Position numbers and translations under genes: made by a program
From: Camelus ferus
Lineage: Eukaryota
Reading direction: 5' to 3'
Assembly (NCBI RefSeq): GCF_009834535.1
Contig: NC_045696.1
Coordinates: forward strand, 8,496,001-8,560,000
Length of the DNA stretch: 64,000 nt
Shown: positions 36,192 to 48,696 of the stretch, piece by piece
How the letters are laid out: each line of letters opens with the position of its first letter
Position numbering within the stretch: the stretch's first letter is position 1
Notes under the pieces: model-generated
What the model was told of the DNA's origin: nothing
The model's database searches: none
Seen by the model: only the letters and a program-made list of their open reading frames with translations

Positions 36192-38299
36192 CTACCTCTA
36201 TGTCTTCAATTTTTATGTTAAAAAGAAGGAAATACCCTGAAAAGTGTATTAAAATCTTCTGGGGCAAACATCTTTAGACTTACTAAAGGTAAATTATTTT
36301 GAACTCTGTAATTGTAAGATGGACGTTTGGGTAAACGTTCATTTGCAAAGAGTTGAATGTAATCGCTCACCCAGAATTTTTACTTGAATTAGAAGACCAT
36401 GCTGCTGTGCAAAGATCTTGAAAGACCAAGAAATGACATAAAATTTATGATATAATTTTCTAAATGACCAGCCATCGCTTCTTTAAGAAATGCTATCTTC
36501 ATTTGTAACTCTCAGGATACCCTGAAATTTATAACACAAATAAGATTTCTGTGGTATTGAGTCCGCAACCCACATATAACAGCCCAGTATATCTTCATTA
36601 ACAAGAAACATTTCTATTGATTTCATTTTGCGATGTTTCATATTACATATAACAAATATGTATGGTCACCTAAATGAATTATTACAATCCAATTTGAAAT
36701 GATTGCATAGGGTTATTGTATTATCTCTAGGATGCTTTAGTCTCTGGGTGTCAAAACTGTTTTTATTTAATGGAATAACATGGAAAAGTTAATCAGAGTA
36801 GGTTAACCTCTGTGGAACTGAAGGTCACACGCATTTACTCTCAATTGGAAATGGAGGCGCGTTCAGTTTTGAACTCTCGCTGGGGGTGGGCAAAGGTGGA
36901 AGAGGAAATAAGCAGGAGGAATTGAATGCCTGTGTTTCCTCTGGCTTCACTCACGTCGCTTGGCTTATGGGGCGTTTCAGTAACTGGATTTTTGATTAAA
37001 ACGTTTCCTGCAAGGAAAATAAAATTAAACAGGCAATACAAACATAATAAAAAATCAATACTGCAGTTAACATTTCTATTGTGTCTTATTGAACGGCTTC
37101 ACTTGAGGCCCATTCAGCTTTGCATACACAGGCGACCGCTCAGAGTTTCTGACCAGGGCTGGGTAAAGACGAGGAGTTGCAAAGAAAGAGTCCTTTTCTC
37201 AAAATTGTATTTCCAAGATAAATGGCGCTTCTAATATAATCAAGTCCTTTCGCTTCCGGGCCAGGAGCACAGAGGTAGAAAGCTCCCATCTGTTTCATTA
37301 ACAACTTATATTTGATGAGCACGCAGAAGACACCATGAGTAGTCTTCACCGAGCGTATCAAATCTTGTTTATTCAGAAGGTGCTTTCCCTTTCAGAGCAG
37401 CTCTCTGAGGGTAAGGTTTTTGCCTCCGCAAATGTGTTGTGATTGTTTTTTATGTCTTATTACAAAGGTACTTGCTTACTTTTAGAGGACTCGGATGCAG
37501 AAGTGAGTGGCTAGAAAGACATCCAATTAAAGTCTATGGGGGAAGTATTACTCACGAATTAAATCCTCCGAAGTTTCAAAGATCCTTTATACTTCTGCTC
37601 AATGTGGCTGACTGAGATAATTGGGGACATTCCCTTTTTATTCCGAAAAGAACAACAACATGAAAATCCATAGGTGAGCTCAAAAGCTGGAAAGGGAGAT
37701 CTCCAGAAGCCAGAAGGGAATAGCAGAGTTGGAGGAGAGGAGGCCTGGGGATTCTGGCTGGGGTGTCTCCTGTGAGCATGGGTTGTAACTGTGCACTGGC
37801 AGGGAGATCAGGCGTCAAGATCCTCGGGTACATGTGGTGAGACTGAACTCCCAGTGATAAGGATTGTCCACCATTGAAATAGGGGTTAAAAGCTCCACCC
37901 ACCAGCCCAGGTGTGGACTTTGTACTCTGGACCTTGGGTAGCAAGAGTTACTTGAGGGAAGTCAGAAAGTGCAAGCTTGCAGAGTAGAAGTGTGAGACTA
38001 AATGCACACAGCTTGATTTCAAGACAAAAAAAAATCTCGCTGAAAACAAGTCTAGTAGAATGTGAATGCAAAAACCAGCCTGGGACTCCACAGGGTCTGC
38101 AGGAGCCAAAATGAACTCTCCCCCTGGGTGACCCTTGACAGGGGCACACAGGTGGAATTCCTACAGGAGCCAACATATGCCGAAGGCAAGCTTTTTCCCA
38201 CACACCAGGCAAGCTTGTATGTTCTCATTTCCTTCAAGTAACTAAACAATGACAAAACACACAATGACATTTACCCCTTGAGGGTCAACAGATCCAACA

Positions 38300-39625
38300 A
38301 ACAGGAGCACTCACTAAGAACTGCAGAGAAGAGTAATGTCCAAGGAATTTGAAAATTGGCATGAGTTAGATGTTCCAAGTGAAAAGAGAGAAACAGATTT
38401 TGTTAATGCAAGATGAAAGAAAAGCAGGTGGATTTGAGTAAGAAACAAATAGGTCACTAAAGCAAATGAAGAAAGACATAGTTTTGAAAATAAAGCTGAA
38501 AAAAAAAAACCACTCTGAATACAGCTCAAAGGGGCAAAGAGATGGTAGAAATAAGAAACAGAAATAGAGACAATGAACAACCAAATGAGAAGCTCCTAAA
38601 TATAGCTAATTGGAGTTCCAGAAGGAAATTAGAGAAAGAACGGGTGAGAGATAATAGTCAAAGATATATTGGTGGAGAATTTTCCAAAATGAAAAATCAT
38701 TTAGCCCATTTGCAGTAGAACCCTAAATCTTGAAGAGAGTACATGACATGAATCCATGCCTAAAACATTGCAATGAAACTACAGAATATGTAAGATGGTA
38801 TAAAAATCTTTAAAATATGTAGCTAAAAAGGAGCAGTGATCAGACTGACAGCAGACTTTTGATTGGCAACAACAGATGTCAGAAGATGATTAAATACTAT
38901 TTTCTAAGCGGTAAGAGAAAATAATTATCGAGTTCACATCTCTGCTCAGTTAAATGATCATTTAAGAGGGAGGGAAGTTTTCCCAGCAGCTATGAGCCTG
39001 GGCTGCTGGCAAGGGTCCTCCTCATTATTTCCCTCTTTTTATTCCCATGAAAACTCTCACAGTGTAACTGTTTCACTCAAGGTAAAATGAAGATATTTTG
39101 TACCTACAAAGATTAAGAGACTTACTACTTGAAAGAACAAAGAGAATAATGCAATAGTGAAAGAAGAAAATTCAGGCTGTAAGGAATCAGTAGGCCCCAA
39201 GAAGTAAGAAAGTTATGAAACTGGTAAAAACATTTTGCAAAACTACTGTAAGAATAAAATTAATAATATTTGAGGGAACATTTGAAAAGAGAAGGAATTA
39301 GAATTCTGGACAACAATATCACAGATGGTAGGAAGGCCATATTTAGGGTGGAATTAAAGAGTTCTAAGATTCTTATCTGGTAGAAGAATAGAGTTTATTG
39401 GTTAGCATCAGAATATGAAAAAAGATAGTTGAGGATGCTCAGTACTATAATAAAAAATTATAGAAATATAAATATATAACTCCAAAAGAGTAGAAAAAAA
39501 GAGATAAAAATAAATAAAAACAGAGCAGAAGGTAGAAAGAAAGAAAGGGAAAACATGAAGGAATGATAGCAAAAATAGATCCAAATGAATCCATAAATGT
39601 AAATGGATTAAACTCTTTTCTTAAA
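38300..39625 (+). mobile_element. Ancient L1 ORF1 region through the ORF2 start (degenerate)
   Basis: CTAATTGGAGTTCCAGAAGG (IGVPE), GAGAATTTTCCAAAA (ENFP) and ATCAGACTGACAGCAGACTTT (IRLTADF) are ORF1 motifs; AATGTAAATGGATTAAACTC (NVNGLN) marks the ORF2 endonuclease start. Confidence 0.75.
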
Positions 39626-41954
39626 CCATCAGAGTCTCAGACAGGAAAACATTTTCCTTGTTCATTGGATGCTCTGATAGAGTCCTGGTTGCCCTATTCT
39701 CTGGTGTCAACGTGAAAGGAGGTAGTTTTTCATGACAGGAACATTTTACTCTTTGGACATGAAGTGCTATCTGTCTTTCTGCAGATACGATCTGATCCCG
39801 GATCAAGAGTCTCCTCTAATGTCATGACGGTGCCTCCAGGGAACAGGGGTGGGACAGTTGATTTTGACAGCTCTACCCAGACCTAGTGAACACAGGAAGA
39901 CTGGAGAAGCAGTGAGCCTCTTCCCATGTGGAGCAGATGGAGAGATGCGGAAATGCAGGCTGAGTCACAACATGGGTAAGTGGCTTTACTCACAGAGTGC
40001 TGATGACTGGATCTATGGCCAGACACACACCGAGGTTTCCAGTGGAAAAGACGTCAAGGTTTTAATTGAGTTTTATCTCAATAGGACGTGGCTACTAGAT
40101 CAGCTAATATAATTTTAGAGAGCAGTAATGGAGGTAGAGTGTCCATAAAAAGGTGTGATAGTGTGATAGACCCTCTCTGTTCTTATCTGACCACAGCTGG
40201 AAGGCTGAGTTCAAAAGTAGGTCCAGAGGGCATCCCCTAGATGTTAATAGTTATCAATCTCTATCTCATGGATTCTTAACAAGGGGGGTGCCTATCTTAG
40301 AGCTGACATGCCATTTGTCCCTAAAAGTCCGTGAGCTATTGTGGTGCATGAAGATTTGACCTAATCTTTGTGGCCTCAGTAAACAGAAGTGGAACCACTA
40401 AGAACTGTGTAACCAAATTGTTCAAAAATGAATGGGCAGTTTCCGAAGGTGGAGAACTTGTTACAGGAAGTGTTCAAGCAAAAGTGAGACCACTTTCTTT
40501 GGGCAGCATTATAAGGGATTGATGCACTGCATTTGAGCTTGCATTTTCTGGCCCCTAGTCTCCCCTTCTACCCTAAGGTCTTGATTCTTTGTTTCCCCTG
40601 ACACTTCCAGTGAGGACCCAGGGTGAGTGATGCCTTTTATAACCCGCTTGTGACTCTCTCTTCAAGCTGCACGTGTATTTGTGATGCTGACGCAGTAAGA
40701 CAAATCCTGACAAACTAAAGGAGAGAAGAGAGGGTCTCTGTGAAGGGGATGCCTTCATCCCTGTTCAGAGCATCACAACCCCTGTGATGTCTTCAGAATT
40801 ATCTGAGGATATTACGTGATTCCCGGATTCCTATTAAATTAGAACCTTGAGGGCTGAGAGCCACTGGGGCCAGTACGTGACACTTGTGGCTACAGCTGCC
40901 TGCCTGTGGCCATTGTCCTGTACATCGTAGACCCTTGATTCTACTGGTGAGCCTCTGTCTCCACAGCAACAGTGTGTAGGGATAGAAGTGAGATGGAATT
41001 CTGTCCCGCAGATGAAACTTCCTCCAGGCCTCTGGAATTAAGTGAGGGAAGGAGTGGGCCTGAGCTACTGTCACGGCATAAAGGATTTCCATTGACCCAA
41101 AGGCTTGATGGAATTTCAATCCTGGCCTCTGAGTCCATCTCCTCTGCTTCTGTCTCCTCCAGGGACAGGTTCTGTGTCAGCAGAACAAAGGCCAGCCAGG
41201 GCCATTAATATTTCAAAAAGGTAAACATGGAAATGGCACTGTGAGTGATGCATTGCTCCTCCAAGGGCAACTCTCGTGAGACTGGCTGAAAGGTCCTTCA
41301 GGAAGTTCCTACGGCAACTCGGCGTCTGTCTGGTGCTAGGTTCTTTGCACCCTGTTGTCGAAATAAGCCTGGTGTGTCCTTGTCTTCCTTGAGTAACTGT
41401 GGTCCTCCTCTGGTGCCAGTCTTGGGTCACCATGCTGCTTCCACTCCTTTCCCACACCGTGAATTTAGGAGTCCCAGCTTTCTCCCCATCCCCCTCTCAC
41501 ACCTTATCAGTAAATCAATAGATGGCATGGGACCAGGATGTGCCACATGTTGGTGATGCTCTGGTGTGTGGCGATATTTACTGACCCTACTATGTGCTCC
41601 AAGAGGGAGATGCCAATAGCGGGAGATGCAGCTTCTGACCTCAGAGGGTAATCATATGCCTGGGGACATGGGACAATTCATATAAAATGATGGCAACAAA
41701 CTGAAGACACCGTAACAGCCACACCAGCCCCAGGGTCGAAATGTGTGCTAAAGTGAGAGTGATACCCATTGGCACTGAGACTCAGGGAAGTTTCGGGAGA
41801 GTGAATGTTGAATTGCTTCTTGAAGGACTGAGCTGAGGGACAATTTAGTGACATCATAGAGACCTGATGGCACAGAGTCCAACATCCACTGAGCTTTAGG
41901 GGAAAGCACATTAAGTATTTGTTTGCACTGTAGATCCCGATGAACTTGGAGGTG

Positions 41955-42175
41955 GCAGTAGAGGGTAATGACTAAGAAGACAGGCCCTAGAGCCAGATTC
42001 TGGTTCTACCACTTACCAGCAGTGGAGTCTGTGCCTCAGTTTCTCCAGCTATAGCATGGGGATAATGAGAATGGGAACTCTTAAACTCCTGGTGAGGGAA
42101 CTGTCACGAGGACTGGAGGAGCTGGTAATTCTGAAGGCACTCTGACTCGCGCCTGGCACACTTTAGAGGTGAGGT
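41955..42175 (+). mobile_element. MIR SINE
   Basis: CTAGAGCCAGA..CTACCACTTACCAGC..CTGTGCCTCAGTTTCTCCAGCTATAGCATGGGGATAAT..GCCTGGCACA. Confidence 0.75.
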
Positions 42176-42293
42176 TGCTGTCACTGTTAATATTATTCGT
42201 TGTGTAATCACACAGGAAGAACTGTTCTCACTGTCCAGGTGGGAGAACTCAGGCCTGTGTGGGAAAAGTGATTGTTTAAAAAAAGATCCCTTA

Positions 42294-42535
42294 GAACCTT
42301 CCTACACTGTTGGTGGGAATGTAAATTGGTGCAGCCACTGTGGAAAACACTATGGAGGTTCCTTAAAAAACTAAGCATAGAGTTACCAAGTGATCTAGCA
42401 GTCCCACCCCTGGGCAGATAGCCATAGGAAATTCTATTTCAAAAAGATACATGCACCCAATGTTCATAGCAACACTATTCACAATAGCCAAGACAGGGAA
42501 GCAACCTAAATGTCCATTGACAGATGACTGGATAA
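42294..42535 (+). mobile_element. L1 ORF2 C-terminal fragment truncated at both ends
   Basis: GAACCTTCCTACACTGTTGGTGGGAATGTAAATTGGTGCAGCCAC..CAATAGCCAAGACA..CCTAAATGTCCATTGACAGATGACTGGATAA. Confidence 0.9.
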
Positions 42536-43124
42536 TTCACTTTCCCGTGGGCTGACTGTACCAGCGGTGCCTCTTCGAGCCCCGTTTACATGATGTGACC
42601 TGACTCAGCTGGGCTTTAGTCACCTGTCTCAGGATCCTGACATTATTTCTATGAGGAGGAACATTCTGATCCCCAGAACTAACTTCTAAATCTGCCCTTC
42701 CATAACGTAGGGATTCTCTATGTTACCACGGTTGGGAAAAGATTGTTTATATAACAACGGGTCAAACCGTGAAGTGTCCAAATGAATACATCAAGCCAGA
42801 AAGAGTGTATTAAAGATTGAGGAATGAATCTAGGAGAACTCTATTCTTATTCATTTTCTCCTTAGAAGTATGAATAAAACTTAGCTTATATCCTTCCCCC
42901 CAAAATAGTGATAAATACTTCTTATAAGTATCACTAACTATTAAAATTTAGTCAAAATAAATATATCACATTCAAGATTAAAAATGGAAATTGTATTTAG
43001 CATTTTTTGATAGCTGGCAGAAAATATTATTGAGGCTCAGCTTCACTTAAATTAGAAAATTTGCTACAAATGACATATCATTTTTAATAAATATTAAAAT
43101 ATGACACTTCCTTTTTTATAAATA

Positions 43125-43350
43125 GGTATGAGTACAGACTCCAGCCAGTTGCCTGGGCTCTAGTCCAGCTCTTTTACTAACTGTGTTAACTTGGCAAAAT
43201 AATCACTCCTGTGAACCTCCATATTTTCATCTGGAAAATGGGTTTAAGGATACAGCCTACCTCGGAGGGTTCTGATGAGATTAAACGAGTTAGTACATGT
43301 AAAGCACGTAGAACAGAGTTGGAAATACAGCAAGCATGACACAAGTTCTG
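43125..43350 (+). mobile_element. MIR SINE
   Basis: CCTGGGCTCTAGTCCAGCT..TTTTCATCTGGAAAATGGG..GATGAGATTAAACGAGTTAGTACATGTAAAGCAC. Confidence 0.8.
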
Positions 43351-43751
43351 CTGCATTGTTTTTTGGTAGCTCTTCCTGCCTTGTCTTTTCTGTCAGCTTT
43401 AAGTTTCCAAAGTACAGAAAAAAAAAATACTAGCAGTTATCTTTCCCTAAGCCCTCAGTGTGGTGCTCAGCAGAAGCTGGATGCTTTGAAGCGCTGTGGT
43501 TGAAGTTGTGGAATCATTTACTTTCTTGTGGCATTTTGATACAGTTCAGAAGTATTGATCTTGGTTTCTAGGAACAATATGGCTACATATTAGATACTTT
43601 CAGGCCAAATTTTGTTTCCTCCTGGGAAGAGAGGGTAAAGAGTCACAGCTTCCTAGTCTTGACACACAGGAATTATCAGCTGGGAGTCAGTCTGGCCTCT
43701 ACTTCCATCTCAACCATTAGCTAAGAGGTCCTTTTTTATTTTTTACTTCTG

Positions 43752-43822
43752 TTTTTTTTTTTTTAATTGAAGTATATTCACTTTACAATGTTATGTTAGT
43801 TTCTGGTATACATCAGAGTAAT
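43752..43822 (-). mobile_element. Extreme 3' end and poly(A) of a young L1
   Basis: T13 followed by AATTGAAGTATATTCACTTTACAATGTTATGTTAGTTTCTGGTATACA, the antisense L1 terminus. Confidence 0.9.
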
Positions 43823-43873
43823 AGGGAGACCTTCCTGCCCCAGCTGGACATTGCCTTAAGAAGTAGACTCACT

Positions 43874-44177
43874 CCATCATTAAAAAGTCCACAAATAACA
43901 AATGCCAGAGAGGGTGTGGAGAAAAAGGAACCCTCCTACCCTGTTGGTGGGAATGTAAATTGGTGCAGCCACTATGGAAAACAGTATGGAGATTACTTAA
44001 AAACCTAAACAGAGTTGCCAAGTGATCCAGAAATCCCACTCCTGGGCATATATCTGGAGAAAACTGTAATTCAAAAAGACACATGCACCCCAATGTTCAC
44101 AACAGCACTATTTACAACAGCCAAGGCATGGAAACAACTTAAATGTCCATTGACAGATGAACGGATAAAGGAATTGT

Positions 44178-44220
<43 letters not shown>

Positions 44221-44608
44221 GAATACTACTCAGCCACAAAAAATAATAAAATAATGCCATTTACAGCAACATGGAAGAACCTAGAGATTATCATATTAAG
44301 TGAAATAAGTCAGAAAAAGGCAAATATCATATGATATCTCTTATATGTGGAAACCAAAAAAAAAGATGCGAATTCTATTTACAAACCAAAAACAGACTCA
44401 CAGACATAGAAAACAAACTATGGTTACTAAAGGGGAAAGGGCGGGGGAGAGATAAATTAGGGGTTTTGGATTAACAGATACACATTACTATATATAAAAT
44501 AGACAAACAACAAGGACCTACTGTATAACGCAGGGAACATATTCCTTTTCTTATAATAACATAGAAAAGAATCTGAAAAGAAAAATATATATATGTGTGT
44601 ATAACTGG
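43874..44608 (+). mobile_element. Young L1 ORF2 C-terminus/3' UTR lacking its tail (inverted partner of 43752-43822)
   Basis: CCATCATTAAAAAGTCCACAAATAACAAATG..GGAACCCTCCTAC..; it stops at TGTATAACTG, where the upstream inverted piece takes over. Confidence 0.95.
44179..44218. repeat. (AC)20 microsatellite inside the L1
   Basis: Read directly from the sequence. Confidence 0.95.
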
Positions 44609-46210
44609 ACTGTTCTCTGAGAGCAAGAGCTGGGCTTGTTTCTCTGCCTGCCTTGCAGATGTTAGACTCGCCCAGTGAGTGCCACTTGAGGGGCGCAGGA
44701 ATGGATCAGAGCGCACAGTGCGAATAAGGATGTATGGCCTGTCACCTACATTTCAGAGGGGACCCTCCAACCCCACTCGCTAGACCTTTCACTTTAGGAG
44801 TCAGCACCACAGCTCCGGGGTGGAGGACGGGAAGGCAGTGGAGTGGCTGTGCTGTTCTGTGGGAGATGTGGGTCTTGGGGCCCCCGAGTTTCCCTCAGCT
44901 CGGATGAATGTCAGTTAGAGGTGAGACAGGAGGGTCAGGGCTTGGGGGAGGAGGTCTGAGAGGGGGAAGGGAAGGGGATTTCTAAGCAGTGATGCCAATG
45001 GAGAAAGGGAGGACAGATTCTATGTTTGTGTTGTCTGCACGGAGCTCACCAGGGCAACCGTTTTTGAGTAGAATACAACTACTATATAAAGATGTTATCT
45101 ATTAAGGAAAGGTGTAGCTTGTTTATACATTTGCTTTAAAATGGTTACTAACTGTGTTTTGGAGAGGAGTACATATTTCTGGATGCTTAAGAGTGACGTG
45201 GCTATGAATTAGGAACTGGATTTAAGTATTCAGTTGCATGCCATGTCTTCAGGTCTTTGCATCTTCAGATGAAGTTGAGTTTTAGACAGCACGTGCCAAT
45301 CCCAAGACTTAAGTCATCCTGAGATTTTTTTCAGTCATGTGGCACTCTGTTTTCTGAGAGGATTTTAGAAGAAAGAACTTCATTAGTAGCTACACATTGA
45401 GGTGAGCTTTTTAAGCTTATGAGAGTCGCAGGGAACAGTGGTGTGCCCTTAGTATCAATCTGATGATATGCTCTGTTTATTTGAAAAAAAAATTCTACTG
45501 AATTCTTACTCAGAATATCTTTACTTATGAGGTTTTTGTTGCTGTTTAGGGGATGTGCAGGAATGTGGAGAAATCATAACAAAGTGTTCAACGTGTAGTT
45601 AATGGAAAGAATGTGTGTTTTCACATCAGCACACCAGCACACTTGTTAGCAAGAAATATGAATGCTTCATTTGGAAGAATAAATTTGACAATTTGGGGGA
45701 GGCAAAATGAGAAAGCTGATTTGAAGTACTCCATCTTAAAAAAAAGGAACCACACTGTGAAGCTGCAATTACTTTTCAACTAGAAGAAATAAAATTGTGC
45801 CTCTTCAAAATATGCAGAGTATCCAACTTGCAGCTAATCCTGAGTTTCAAATCAATAAAGTTTAATATTTCACCAGCAACCATAGGGTGAAATCAATGCT
45901 GTCATGGCTCTTCAGGAGAGCAGAAGCTTATGAAATGAAGAGCTGAAGGCAGCCATCCAAGGTAAAATAAAAGAAATATACTTTTCAAGGCTTTAGGGAA
46001 AGGAAAAGATATGGCAACTCAACTCATCCCCCAGAGGTCTTTTCCTTCCAGTTTCCATGTGAGGTTCTGGTGGCTTAAGAAAATGGTCCCATAAGACAGT
46101 GAAAGAAGGAATAGGGACATCACCAGCCTGCTAAGTATTTGCGAATGAGCTAGACTGGGGATTCTTTCCAACTGGGAACACTGATGTTTATGCTGGTAAA
46201 CTATGGAACC

Positions 46211-46702
46211 TGTATCAGTTAGCTCTTACTGCATAACAAGCTACCCCAAAATGGAGTAGGTGACAACAATAGCAATTTGTTTGACCCATTTGGGTTGGCA
46301 ATTGGGGCTGGGCTCAGCAGGGCAGTTTTTCTTGTTTTACCTGGGTTCATCCATATGTCAGCTTCTGGGCTGGCTGGGGCCTGTCTAGTCTAAGATGACA
46401 TCAGATGGAGTGGCAAGTCTCTGTCCCACTTGGGCTCTCATCCTCCAGCAGGCTAACCTGGCTTGGTCTTCGCAGGATTCCAAGGGGTGGAAATATGCAA
46501 GGCCTCTTGGTGCCTGGGTCCCAAATTGACAGACTGTCATTTCCACTTCATTCTTTTGCTTGAAATAAGTTGTAACAACAACGCAGATTCAAGGTATAGA
46601 GACATCAACTCAATTTCTTGGTGGAAGAGTCACAAAGTCACGTTGCAAAGGGTGTGAATATTTGGAGAATTGAAGGGTGTGGCCATTGCACAGTCTGTCA
46701 CA
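46211..46702 (-). mobile_element. MaLR LTR (MLT1H/G-like)
   Basis: TGTATCAGTTAGCTCTTACTGCATAACAAGCTACCCCAAA..GGGCTGGGCTCAGCAGGGCAGTT..CAAAGTCACGTTGCAAAGGGTGTG..GTCACA. Confidence 0.85.
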
Positions 46703-47628
46703 GAGCCACTCTTACAATTAGTGTCCCAGAGAGCGTCAGACATAGGGCAGTTACTCACTGCGGGAAACGTGATTTCCCCAAAGAGGGCGCCAGGTTTGGA
46801 AAGAGGATATGGCTGGGATTAGAAATATCTCCTGATTATCTGCTCTGCAGTTTTCGGACCACTTTACAGAAGGAGAAAATAACAAAACCCATAGTCTTCC
46901 CCTGAGATCTCCAAGGGGCAGGTCTTAAGAAGAGGAAGTAAATGGAACAGGACCTTCGTTGTGGAATGAAACATCATGGTGATTAATTTTTAAATGGTCG
47001 GTTCTCAGGGGAGGTGACACCTTGCATTACGAGAAAGCTGAGGGAGAGTCTCCAGCAATGAGCTCTGAATGTTATGTGGAGTTTAAACCACTGGAAATAA
47101 AATGTTCTGTCTAAGCAGCTGGTAATGTCCAGGAATTCCGGTAAGTAAACACGGGGCCGGGGGGTAATGTTACTTAACCACAGGCCGAGGGCCTGTGTGA
47201 TGGCCAAGACCTGTAAATTCCAGCAGTGTCCGCCACCACAGCTGGGTGGATTAGTGCCCTCAAAGGCGCAAGGGCTTCCAAACTGTGACAGGGGAGAACT
47301 CAAGGCCGCGTGCTGCCCCGTCTCACCCTGCTGTGCTGGGCGCTCGCTCCTGCCCGAAAGTATTCACTGCCTTTTTAATTAGTTACCAGTAACTAAACAA
47401 GTCTTCAGAGGTGACTACCTAAACTGCCCCTTAGTTACACTCATAGGACAACAAGCCATTTGTTTGTGCAACAGCAGAGAGGAAGACCACGGCACTTCTA
47501 AAGGCTTCCCCCAGGGCCGGTCCCCATCTTCCCCACTCCCTGCCCACCCCCAAACATCCGCCAACTTTCCCTTTGTCCCCTCTCCTGTCTCCTTTCTCCA
47601 GGTGTCTAAGGGACCCGTGTTTGGCACC

Positions 47629-47770
47629 TGTGGCAGACAGACCTCCAGGTGGCCTCACGTTTGTCCTTGATGTAATCCTCTCCTCTTGAATGCAGGTGGG
47701 ACCTCTGACTTGCTTCTAAACCACAGAACATGGCAAAGGTGATGAAGTCTCACCCTGTTTCAGGACTCTG
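47629..47770 (+). mobile_element. MaLR LTR 5' fragment (MLT1E-like)
   Basis: TGTGGCAGACAG..TGTAATCCTCTCCTCTTGAATGCAGGTGGGACCTCTGACTTGCTTCTAA..ATGGCAAAGGTGATG. Confidence 0.75.
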
Positions 47771-48137
47771 TCTGATGTGAAAATGGGCAGGGCTGGGGCC
47801 CAGAATTAGAGGCAAGTCTCTTATAGCAGTGAGGGTGGCAGAGAAGTTGGGAAGCATGAGAGATCTTAAACTGCCACGTGGCTAATGTGGACAGAGAACA
47901 AAATCTCATCAAAGTAACGTCAAGGATAAGAAGACATTTTAAAAGGCTAAATGTGGAAGAAGACGCAGGGATGGGGACCTTCAGAAGGTTCAGTAGGGCT
48001 GTGGTAGAGCTGCCTAGAGGTCTGGGCTGGAAATCCAGCTCCCACTGAGGTCAAAGGCTACCTGTTCTGTGAAGCCTTCTTTGATGGTGCTCCAAACCCA
48101 ACTTAAATGTTACCCTCTCCTTATCTTGCAGCTCTTT

Positions 48138-48696
48138 TTCTTTTTTAAATTGAAGTATAGTTGATTTACAAGGTTGTGTTAGTTTCTGGTGTACAGCATT
48201 GTGATTCAGTTGTGTGTGTGCGTGTGTGTGTATATACACAATTTTTTTCATTATAGATTATTACAAGCTATTGAATATAGGTCCCAGTGCTATACAGTAG
48301 GATCTTGTTTATCTGTTTTATTAATAGTGGTATGTATCTGCAAATCCCAAACTCCTAATTTATCCCTCCCCACCCCTTTCCCCTTTGGTAACCATTAGTT
48401 TGTTTTCCATGCCTGTGAGTCTGCTTCTGTTTTATGAATAAGTTCATTTGTATTATTTATTTTTTAGATTCCACATGTAAGTGATATCATATGATATCTG
48501 TCTTTTTCTGTCTGACTTACTTCACTTACTATGATGATCTCCAGGTTAATCCATGTTGCTGAAAACAGCAATTATTTCATTCTTTTTTATGGCTGAGTAA
48601 TATTCCATTGTATACATATACCACAACTTCTTTATCCAATCATTTGTTGATGAACACTTAGGTTGCTTCCATGTCTTGGCTATTGTAAATAGTGCC
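48138..48696 (-). mobile_element. Young 5'-truncated L1 with TSD
   Basis: TTTTTTAAATTGAAGTATAGTTGATTTACA..GATTCCACATGTAAGTGATATCAT..CATGTCTTGGCTATTGTAAATAGTGC; flanking repeat CAGCTCTTT at 48129-48137 and 48699-48707. Confidence 0.95.
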
